A stretch of DNA of 35,774 bases from Chrysochromulina tobinii (taxonomy: Eukaryota), in assembly GCA_001275005.1 (NCBI GenBank), contig JWZX01002598.1, forward strand, positions 1 to 35,774, in the 5' to 3' direction. Below, piece after piece: positions 10,786 to 19,342 of the stretch (positions are counted from its first letter, which is position 1; each line of letters starts with the position of its first letter). The notes under the pieces are model-generated. The model was not told where the DNA came from and searched no databases. It saw only the letters and a program-made list of their open reading frames with translations. The translations under genes and the position numbers were made by a program.

Positions 10786-12238
10786 ATGATCGCGACGCTC
10801 ATCAAATGTGTAGCGGAGAAGGCCAGCGCCCACAGCAATCAAGTCACCTCGGTCACATTTTCCCCGGACGGGACCAAGATTGTGTCTGGATCGGCTGACG
10901 GGACGATCAAAGTCTGGGATTCGGGTGCGCTGCGCCCTCAAATCGCCCTTTCTTGGCCAAAACTGACGCCTGTTGGCTTGCCTGGCAGACAAACTGGAGA
11001 TGCTGAGCGAGAAGACGAACGCCCACAGCAACTACATCAGGCCGGTGGCGTTTTCCCCGGACGGGACCAAGATCGTGTCCGGATCGCACGACCAAACGAT
11101 CAAAGTCTGGGATTCAGGTGCGCCGGAGCCCTCAAATCGCGCCTCCTTGGCCAAAACTGACGCCTGTTGGCTTGCCTGGCAGACAAGCTGGAGCTGTTGA
11201 GCGAGAAGATGAACGCCCACAGCGACTTCATCAGGTCCGTCGCGTTTTCCCCGAACGGGACCAAGATTGTGTCCGGATCGGACGACAAGACGATCAAAGT
11301 CTGGGATTTTGGTGCGCCGCGAGCTCAAAATCGCGCCTCCTTGGCCAAGACTGACGCCATTTGGCTTGCCGTGGCAGACAAGCTGGAGCTGTTGAGCGAG
11401 AAGACGAACGCTCACAGCGACTGGATCAAGTCGGTGGCGTTTTCCCCAGACGGGACCAAGATCGTCTCGGGATCAGACGACAAGACGGTCAAAGTCTGGG
11501 ATTCGGGTGCGCAAAACCCCCACAAAATTGCCCCTCCTTGGCCAAAACTGACGCCTGCTGGCTTGTCTGGCAGACAAACTGGGGCTGCTGAGCGAGAAAA
11601 CCAACGCCCACAGAAGCTACGTCCTGTCGGTGGCGTTTTCCCCTGACGGGACCAAGATTGTGTCGGGATCGGTTGACCAGACGATCAAAGCCTGGGATTC
11701 GGGTGCGCCGCGAGCCCAAAATCGCCCCTCCTTGGTCAAAACTGACGCCTGTTGGCTTGCCTGGCAGGCACATTGGTGCAGTTGAGCGAGAAGACGAACG
11801 CCCACAGCGGCAGCATCTTCTTTGTCGCGTTTTCCCCGGACGGGACCAAGATTGTGTCAGGATCGCGCGACAGGACGATCAAAGTCTGGGATTCGGGTGC
11901 GCCGGAGCCCTCAAAAATCGCCCCTCCTTGGCCAAAACTGACGCCTGCTGGCTTGTCTGGCAGGTGCGCTGGGGCTGTTGAGCGAGAAGACGAACGCGCA
12001 CAGCGGCCCAGTCTACTCGGTCGCGTTTTCCCCGGACGGATCGAAGATTGTGTCGGGATCGGACGACAAGACGATCAAAGTCTGGGATATCATCAATTGG
12101 TCTCGCAAAGATCACTTGATGTTCAACGTTACCACCCAGCAATTTGTCTTGGTGGTGCTGTGGCTGAACAAATACAGCATGAAGTTTCCTGATGATGTGC
12201 TTGATCTGCTCATCGAGGCTTGCTTGCGGATGCGCTAA
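10786..12238 (+). CDS. 7-bladed WD40-repeat protein (352 aa); exons 10786-10924, 10989-11117, 11183-11311, 11378-11506, 11574-11702, 11768-11896, 11964-12238
   Basis: Six GTGCG...ACTGAC...GGCAG phase-1 introns (64-67 nt). Splicing gives an intact 1059-nt frame with seven [26 protein letters not shown] repeats. An acceptor at 10784 suggests further upstream exon(s). Confidence 0.92.
10810..12090 (+). repeat. Tandem array of ~194-196-bp exon+intron units (7 exons, 6 introns)
   Basis: Near-identical units, e.g. ttttccccggacgggaccaagat and ttggccaaaactgacgcctg recur with ~195-bp period. Confidence 0.95.
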
Positions 12239-12530
12239 GCCGGGTGAGGCGCAGAGGCGCGGGAGACGGCGGCAAAACCGCGGGTGTCGCCACTTTTGTT
12301 TATACATGAAGAAAATAATGCAGTGCGGGCCTTGGCTTCTCACCTGACATGCCCGATGTGTCAGGTGAGACAGTTTACGCCAGGGCCACGCCCCCTAGAC
12401 CTACACACGGCACTTTACAGGCTTCGTTCCACAGAGCTTGCAGCGCGGCTTTCCACAGGAAAATTGGTCAGCGAAGAGAACGGGCGCGCTCGCGCGGAGC
12501 TGCAATCGCCGCAATCGGACGCGAGCGCAG

Positions 12531-12826
12531 ATGCGCCGTCTGCTCGTGAGCCTCGTCGGCCTCACCTCACCGCTCGTACGCTCGTACGCGGTGACACCGA
12601 GCCTGCAACGGCTGCCACACATCCGCGCTTCCGCGGCGGCAGCCGCCACACCACATCGACGGCGAGTGCCGTCGATATCGAGCAGCTGATCGTCGAGCGC
12701 ACGGAGAGTGTGCGCGCGCCGCCACTGGACACGCGCACTTATCGGCACGTGACGCTCGCCATCGGGCCGCGTGCGCTGCTCGTGCACGACGCGGAAGCCG
12801 ATCACGCCGCCGCAGCCATCGAGGTT
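12531..12826 (+). pseudogene. Truncated, frameshifted N-terminal fragment of an insulinase/pitrilysin (peptidase M16A)
   Basis: PPLDTRTYRHVTLAIGPRALLVHDAEADHAAAAIEV matches the M16A N-terminus (DxRxYRxxxLxNGLxxLLxxDxxADKAAAxxxV). A signal/transit-like leader from ATG 12531 is in another frame (shift ~12648). No HxxEH motif seen downstream. Confidence 0.65.
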
Positions 12827-13098
12827 TTACGGCGGGAGCTCGTCAGCTCGAGGCTCCCGCGGCCCGACCTCCGTGGCCGTACCGTGCTGCCGTCCCTCCG
12901 CTCCTCGCCGGGCGGCCGCGCGATTCCAACAGGCCGGCGCCGCCCACGCGCGCGACGCGCACGGCACACACCACCGACTCTGAGAGACTGACCCACTGTG
13001 TGACACTCCAACGAGTGTCCCTGCACTGTCTTCACAGACCCGAGACAGGCAATCCGCGCAGCGGCCATCGCGCCGCCACACGCGACCACCCCCGCGCG

Positions 13099-13192
13099 CG
13101 AGGGAGAGCGAGCCGTGATCGAGGGAGATCGAGGGAGATCGAGTCGTGATCGAGGGAGATCGAGGGAGATCGAGGGAGAGCGAGCCGTGATC
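13099..13192. repeat. 10-bp satellite (GAGGGAGATC)n bounded by 22-bp direct repeats
   Basis: cgagggagagcgagccgtgatc at 13099-13120 and 13171-13192 with gagggagatc units between, just 3' of the ABC1 kinase stop. Confidence 0.9.
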
Positions 13193-13217
13193 CGACAGGT
13201 CGACACCGCCCCGGGCG

Positions 13218-14951
13218 TCAACTCGATTCTCTCTCGCTCGTCTCGAGCTCGTCCTGCGAGATTGTCTCGAGCTCGTCCACGACACGCTGCGCATCGGCGC
13301 GCCAGGCGGCAGCGGTGCTCACGCTCTTCTGCGCCATCAGCTGGCTGCTGCCGCGCATGAGCAGCGAGACACGCGCCGCCAAGATGAATTCGGATGGGAC
13401 GGTGACGAGCTGATCGTACGTGTCGAGCGCCTTGAGCGCCTGCGCGGGCGAGCGAGGCTTGCCGTTGCTCCACGTGTCCGGCGGCAGGTCGCGATCAAAG
13501 AAGAAGCCCGCAGTCGCCGCGAGACCCGCGGCTGAGTTATGGCGCGTCTCAAAGCCCAAGTCCGCTGCGGCGTGCGCCACGCGTAATCGAGCCGCCTCGA
13601 CTGCGGCAGCCTGCGCGTGCGCGTCGCCCTGTTCGTCGCCTGTGTGCTCGCCGTTGTGATCGCGTGTGTCATCGCCCTTGCAGTCGCCCTTGGCATCGCC
13701 CCGGACAGTTCGCGCCGTGTCGAGCGCCGCAGCTCGTCCTCTTCGGCGCTCGACACAGCGCTCTGGTCGGTACTCGGGGTCAGGCAGCGTGAGCGCCGCG
13801 GCGGGCGCATCGGCAAGCGCGAGGATGAGGCGCGCGAGCAGCAGCCGCTGGCGCGACGTGAGTCGCACGCACTGGCCAAAGTCAATCAAGCCGAGCCGCC
13901 CATCGGGAAGCAGCAGCACGTTGCCTGGGTGCGGATCCGCATGGAAGACGCCATCGAAGAAGATTTGGTGGCCGAGCGTGCGCAGCAGCAGCTCGAGCTG
14001 CCCGCGTGTCTGCCGGCGCAGCCACCAGAGCTTGGGCGCCGCGCGCGCGCGCTGTACCAGCGAGGGCGTTCGCACGTTTGTAGGCATCGGCCGCCCGAGC
14101 GCCTGCGCGCGCGCGGCTGCAAAGCCGCCCTCGCCGACCGCCTCGATGAACCGTTTGCTGATCGACTGGAGCAGCTTCTCGCCGGGGAGCCGCTCCATCA
14201 CGAGCACGCGCTCGGTCGTGAGCTCGAGGTACGGCGACGGGATGACGATGCGGGGCTCGACGCAGCGCCGACGGCACTCCAGCATGTCGCGCGCCTCGCG
14301 AGCATAGTCAAATTCCAACTGGAATCGCTTGCGTACCTCGCTCACCACCGGGCTCATGGCGGGCAGTGCGAGGCGTGCGAGCCGCGCCACGTTGCCCAGG
14401 TCGTGCCCGAAAAACTCTCGGGCCTCGCGGTACTGCAGCTTCAGCACGACGTCGCTGCCGTTGCGTAGCCGTGCCCGGTGCACCTGCCCGGTCGACGCAG
14501 CGCCCAGTGCCGTCTCGTCGACCCACTCAAGCTCGGCTGCGAGCGCCGGCGCGTCGCGCGGCAGCGTGCGCGCCAGCGCAGCCCAGGGCCGCGGCGGCAC
14601 GGCATCCTGAAGCGTGCTGAAGGCACGCACGTACGGATCGGGGAGGACATCGGCACGATTGGAAAGCACTTGGCCCATTTTAATGTAGCCTCCCGCCATG
14701 CACTGGACCAGCCGCAACGCTCGCGGCGCCTGCAGCTCGTGGTTCGTGGTGAAGCGCTCGGCGCGCAGCTCGACCGGCGCGGCCACAGTGCCCACCCAGA
14801 TGCCTGCGTAAGAGGATATGATGGGCGCGACGCCTAGCCAGAAGCGCAAACCCCGCCGCGCCCATGGTGTCGCTACGACCCATGTCGTCAGCGCTAGCAG
14901 TGCGGCACTCAGCCAAGGGACGCCATCCTCGCCAGGCGGCGGAGATGCCAT
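13218..14951 (-). CDS. ABC1/ADCK (UbiB/aarF) atypical protein kinase
   Basis: GGYIKMGQVLSNRAD, LQDAVPP, LGAASTGQVHRARL, VVLKLQY, EFDYAREA, VLVMERLPG, GVFHADPHPGNVLL and LIDFGQ. Likely start ATG 14951; the ORF is open to 15143. Confidence 0.93.
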   Translation of the reverse strand: MASPPPGEDGVPWLSAALLALTTWVVATPWARRGLRFWLGVAPIISSYAGIWVGTVAAPVELRAERFTTNHELQAPRALRLVQCMAGGYIKMGQVLSNRADVLPDPYVRAFSTLQDAVPPRPWAALARTLPRDAPALAAELEWVDETALGAASTGQVHRARLRNGSDVVLKLQYREAREFFGHDLGNVARLARLALPAMSPVVSEVRKRFQLEFDYAREARDMLECRRRCVEPRIVIPSPYLELTTERVLVMERLPGEKLLQSISKRFIEAVGEGGFAAARAQALGRPMPTNVRTPSLVQRARAAPKLWWLRRQTRGQLELLLRTLGHQIFFDGVFHADPHPGNVLLLPDGRLGLIDFGQCVRLTSRQRLLLARLILALADAPAAALTLPDPEYRPERCVERRRGRAAALDTARTVRGDAKGDCKGDDTRDHNGEHTGDEQGDAHAQAAAVEAARLRVAHAAADLGFETRHNSAAGLAATAGFFFDRDLPPDTWSNGKPRSPAQALKALDTYDQLVTVPSEFILAARVSLLMRGSSQLMAQKSVSTAAAWRADAQRVVDELETISQDELETSERESS

Positions 14952-15209
14952 CGTGGGCGGAGCTCCGCCACCGCCACCACCTCCGTTGCCGCTACGGAAG
15001 CTGCCACCGCGGCCGCGGCCGAGCGGTCGCAGCTTCAGGAAGGAGCCGGACATCATTTCACACGCGACATCTATGAACACGACTTTTCTTCCCTCAGGTC
15101 CGATCTTCTTAGTCACGTGAAGAGTTTTTTGGTTTCGCGTCATTTCTTCACAGCATTTCGATTAGAAGCGACGAGGACAAGAAATCGGCCGCTCTTGCTC
15201 CGGGAGCAG

Positions 15210-15318
15210 GCGAGTGCCTCAATAGGCCCTTCGCGCGCGCTTTCCTGCTCCGGTGGCTACTGCCACACGCCAACGCATCTCTGACGCCCGCGACCGTGCT
15301 CGTCCCCTCCCTTGGCAG
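15210..15318 (+). other. Putative GC-AG intron in the eIF4A 5' UTR
   Basis: cag|GCgagt donor at 15210, ctgac branch point at ~15281, pyrimidine tract and ggcag acceptor at 15318, 27 nt upstream of the ATG. Confidence 0.5.
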
Positions 15319-15344
15319 ACCCCATAAACCGCTAAAACCACTAC

Positions 15345-17135
15345 ATGTCTGAGGGTGCGTTCAGGCGCTCGCACCGCAGCCCGCATCAGCCCAGCACAGA
15401 CGCTGCGTTGGCTCGCCCGATCCTAGTGGCACCACTGACGCGCTCCGCTCGCCACCGGCTCACAGACCGATTCGATGATGCGAAGAAGACTATCATGTCG
15501 GAGGACGGCATGACCGTCGAGACGAACTACAATGAAGGTGTGTCCAAGTGCCTCGATGCGATGCCGATGCACTTTCGATGCAATCTGATGAAATTGCTGC
15601 ACGCGCCGTGCTCATGGTGCAGTGATCGAGAGCTTTGACGACATGGGCCTCAAGGAGGACCTCCTCCGCGGCATCTACTCTTATGGCTTTGAGAAGCCGT
15701 CGGCGATCCAGCAGCGAGCGATCAAACCGCTCATCCTGATGCGCGATACGATCGCCCAGGCTCAGTCGGGCACTGGCAAGACGGCCACCTTCACTATTGG
15801 TGCGCGCCCGTGCCTCGCGCGCGTTTGCGGCTGTGCTGCCCGCAGCAGGGTGCTGCAGTTCAGCTCTTGGCGTATGTGGCTGGCAAGGGCGGCGCTGCCG
15901 ACTCCTCCCGCCTGCTGTTCGGCTGGCGGCGGGGTTGCCAAGGCTGCGGGTGGAGACGCAGAGCGCGGCGTCGCGTCGCAAGGCTCGTTGTCGGCACCGT
16001 CGACGGCAACACGGCAGCCGCTCGTCGGACGCCGGCTAGAGACGCGCCTGCCGTCGAGCCGGGCTGGGCACCGCCGGCACAGATGCGGCATCGCAGGCTG
16101 CGTTGCTGCTCCGTTGCTGCCGCGTCGCCGTCCTTCTTCAGCCTCTCCGCTGACATGCCGGCGCTCGCCTCTCTCGTGGCAGGCCTCCTGCAGAACATCG
16201 ACCTGTCCAACCGCGACTGCCAGGCGCTCATTCTCGCGCCGACGCGCGAGCTCGCGACGCAGATCGTCAAGGTGGTGACCGCCATTGGCGACTACATGGG
16301 TGTTTCGACGATGGCGTGCATCGGCGGCACCAACGTGCGCCAGGACATGGACAAGCTGCGCGCGGGTGTGCAGCTTGTGGTGGGTACGCCAGGCCGCGTC
16401 TTCGACATGATCAACCGTCGCGCCCTCGCTGTGGATTACATTCACTACTTCTGCCTCGATGAAGCTGACGAGATGCTCTCGCGCGGCTTCAAGGACCAGA
16501 TCTACGACGTCTTCCAGAAGCTGCCTCCCTCGGTGCACGTGGGCCTCTTCTCGGCGACGATGCCGGCCGATGTGCTCGAGCTCACCTCCAAGTTCATGCG
16601 TGATCCGATTCGGATCCTCGTGAAGCGCGACGAGCTCACCCTCGACGGCATCAAGCAGTTTTACGTGATGGTCGAGCGCGAGGAGTGGAAGCTTGACACG
16701 CTCTGCGACCTCTACGAGACGCTCACGATCACGCAGGCGATGATCTTCGTCAACACGCGGCGCAAGGTCGAGTGGCTCACCGAGAAGATGCACGGGCGCG
16801 ACTTCACATGCTCTGCCATCCACGCGGACCTCGACCAGAAGGAGCGCGAGCTGATCATGCGCGAATTCCGAAGCGGCGCGTCGCGCGTGCTCATCACGAC
16901 CGATGTGCTCGCGCGCGGCATCGACGTGCAGCAGGTGTCGCTTGTGATCAACTACGACCTGCCCACGAACCGCGAGAACTATATCCACCGCATTGGCCGC
17001 GGCGGCCGATTCGGTCGTAAGGGAGTCGCGATCAACTTCCTCACCTCAGAGGACGTTCGCACGTTGCGCGAGATTGAGCAGTTCTACAACACCCAAATCG
17101 AGGAGATGCCGATGAACGTCGCGGACCTGATCTAA
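15345..17135 (+). CDS. eIF4A: Translation initiation factor eIF4A (403 aa); exons 15345-15354, 15466-15537, 15623-15799, 16183-17135
   Basis: [35 protein letters not shown] and [13 protein letters not shown] motifs; C-terminus [11 protein letters not shown]. Three phase-1 GT-AG introns give a 1212-nt frame. Confidence 0.97.
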
Positions 17136-18073
17136 GTTGCCCTACCCCACACCCCGGAGCCGTGCGGCCGCCGGCATGAGGGGTGTGCAAGCGGTGCCGC
17201 CGAAGCGCGGCACGTCTATGCGTGGGGGTGCGGTGTATCGTGGGCGCGGCGCTGCCGTCGCGGCTGGCGGCCACGAGGATGTCGGTTCGGGGGCGGGTGT
17301 TAGTCGGATGGAGATGGATGAGGTTGGGCACCCATCTCCATCCTGCGCGCGGATGGCGATGGGCAAGGCAGGCTCCCAGACTCCCTCAATCGACTCGTGT
17401 GCTCCGATTGGGCACATGAGAGGGTTCGTATAGTCTCGGCGTCGCCTGTCTTCGCTCTCCACTGGAGCCAACGGCCCGTCGCAGGCTGCGTCGGCCGTTG
17501 GGCTCGCATACTGAAGTAGGAGGCGGGCCCAAGAGGGTCCTGGCGGCCGCCGCGTACGCGTGCGAACGCCGCGGCGTTGCCATCGATCGTGATTGTGCTG
17601 TCCTTGATGTGCTTGTGGGGCAGAGGACCCCAATGCGGTCTTTATATCGTCTTTGCGCATGCCGTTGTTGACTTGTCAGTGCCACCTCACTGTATGGTAA
17701 TTCGATTCGTTGAACAAACCTGTCCCGACTCCCACGAAACGCCGACGCGCGGGCGGCGACGGCCGACGCGGACCGGCCCCGGCGACCCGCGGCTCGCGCG
17801 GGACGACGGCATCCCGCCCGCGGCGCCGGGCCGTCCGAGCTGCGAGCTCCACCGCCGTCCCACCGCGCATCACTGCACACTGGCGCTTCATCTCCTCGCC
17901 CGAACTTTGCTTGTCCACGCTACACTGACGTACACTGAAGACCGTGAACGCGAACACTCGCCTCTCGCGCTAGGCCGCTACCGTCCGCGCGGCTACAATT
18001 CGCCGCGCTACTGTCGCGACGACGACCTATACGTCACTGCGGAGAGCCGATCTATCGGACCGAGAGATGAGAG

Positions 18074-18207
18074 GTACGCCATACGCAGCGTATTGAGCCA
18101 TTGCGTATTTGCGTATTCGTGAGCTTTCTGAGGCAGCCTTTTGGCTTTTGCGTATTACGCAATACAGTTTGACAGGGTTTGCGTATTGCGTAATGCGTAT
18201 TGCGTAC
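18074..18207. mobile_element. MITE-like element with 14-bp imperfect terminal inverted repeats and internal GCGTATT repeats
   Basis: Left end gtacgccatacgca vs right-end reverse complement gtacgcaatacgca (13/14). Several gcgtatt copies in both orientations; AT-richer than the flanks; no clear TSD. Confidence 0.5.
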
Positions 18208-18459
18208 TACGTACCCGCTACGAACGACATAGTTACCGGCGCGGCGGCGCCACGCGCGCGCACCGGCCGGCGCGGGTCCGTGCCGGGTACGAGGGGTAGC
18301 CGTCTATACGCGTGGCTCTACCCTCTACACACTGTAGACCCCAAGACCCCAAGACGTTCAGTAGCCATTCCGCACCACGGGCATGACAGTGCAGCCGTGT
18401 CACTCTTGTTACAACTGTTGTTCGGGCTTCGCTCGCGCCCTCGCTTCTCCTCGCTGTGC

Positions 18460-19173
18460 TCACGCCACTGCGGATCGTCCTCCATCCACCCCGATGATTT
18501 GCCCGGTTACCCAGCTCGCGTCGTTCGAGAGCAAAAAGTAAGCGAGAGCCGCCGAGTCCTCAGCCTCACCCACACGGCCGAGCGGGTGGCTTTTGGCAAG
18601 TGCTGCCGCCATAGACTCCTTCGAGAGCATTGGCGCAGCCATTGCGGAATGCGAGATGGACGGTGCGATGGCATTCACACGCACCTTGGGTGCGAGCTCG
18701 GCGGCGAGGGCACGCGTCAGTCCCTCGATCGCACCTTTGGCGGAGGAAATGACCGCGTGATTAGTGAAGCCCTGCTGCACCGCCACGCTAGAGAAGAGGA
18801 CGACCGAGCCTCCATTCTTCTTAAGTGCTGGCTCCACGCTCTTAAGAACCTCAACAGCGCCAACGACGTGCAAGGAGAAGCAGTTGAGAAAATCTACGGG
18901 TGATGCACGCTTGAGTGGCTTGAGAACGATGTCCCCAGCACAGTACGCCAAGCCTTTGCAATCATCAGGCACTTGGCCGCTGAGGCCTGATGCAATGGTA
19001 TCTGAAGCCATCACATCGAGGACTGAAAACGGCGCCCCACCGCATTCAGCTGACAGCGCCTCGAGCTTGCTCGAGTCGCGACCGATGAGCCATGGGCGTG
19101 TGCCTGCAGCGAAGACTCGCCGGGCGAGTGCGCGACCAATCGCGCCGGTCGCCCCCACGATCGCGATCGTCAT
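18460..19173 (-). CDS. Short-chain dehydrogenase/reductase, atypical (no catalytic Tyr)
   Basis: GATGAIG Rossmann motif, YCAG, FSSVA, VISSAKGAIEGLTRALAAELAPKVRVNAIAPS, HPLGRVG and WVTGQIIGVDGG. Intronless. Confidence 0.93.
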   Translation of the reverse strand: MTIAIVGATGAIGRALARRVFAAGTRPWLIGRDSSKLEALSAECGGAPFSVLDVMASDTIASGLSGQVPDDCKGLAYCAGDIVLKPLKRASPVDFLNCFSLHVVGAVEVLKSVEPALKKNGGSVVLFSSVAVQQGFTNHAVISSAKGAIEGLTRALAAELAPKVRVNAIAPSISHSAMAAPMLSKESMAAALAKSHPLGRVGEAEDSAALAYFLLSNDASWVTGQIIGVDGGRSAVA

Positions 19174-19342
19174 CGAGGTTTTGAGGCGCGAGAGTGTGAG
19201 AGGAAGTTTCTTGTCCTTTTCCGACTTTTATCACCCGAAATGGAAAGCCGAGGAGCACGAAACCCGCGACGTGAGCGGGTCGCGCTTCTCGTCCCTCTCG
19301 CCTCGTGCTCAAGGTTGTCGCCTAGGGACCTAGGCACCGAAT

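Noticed and set aside
10810..12090. Regular repeat-spacer-like periodicity suggesting a CRISPR array
   Set aside because: Both alternating parts are repeated, the period is ~195 bp, and they resolve into WD40 exons and spliceosomal introns. No cas genes; eukaryotic context.
15538..15622. Possible intronic snoRNA in eIF4A (TGATGA present)
   Set aside because: No downstream D box or terminal stem within the 85-nt intron.
15762..16988. 408-aa minus-strand ORF
   Set aside because: Antisense shadow of eIF4A caused by strong GC3 codon bias.
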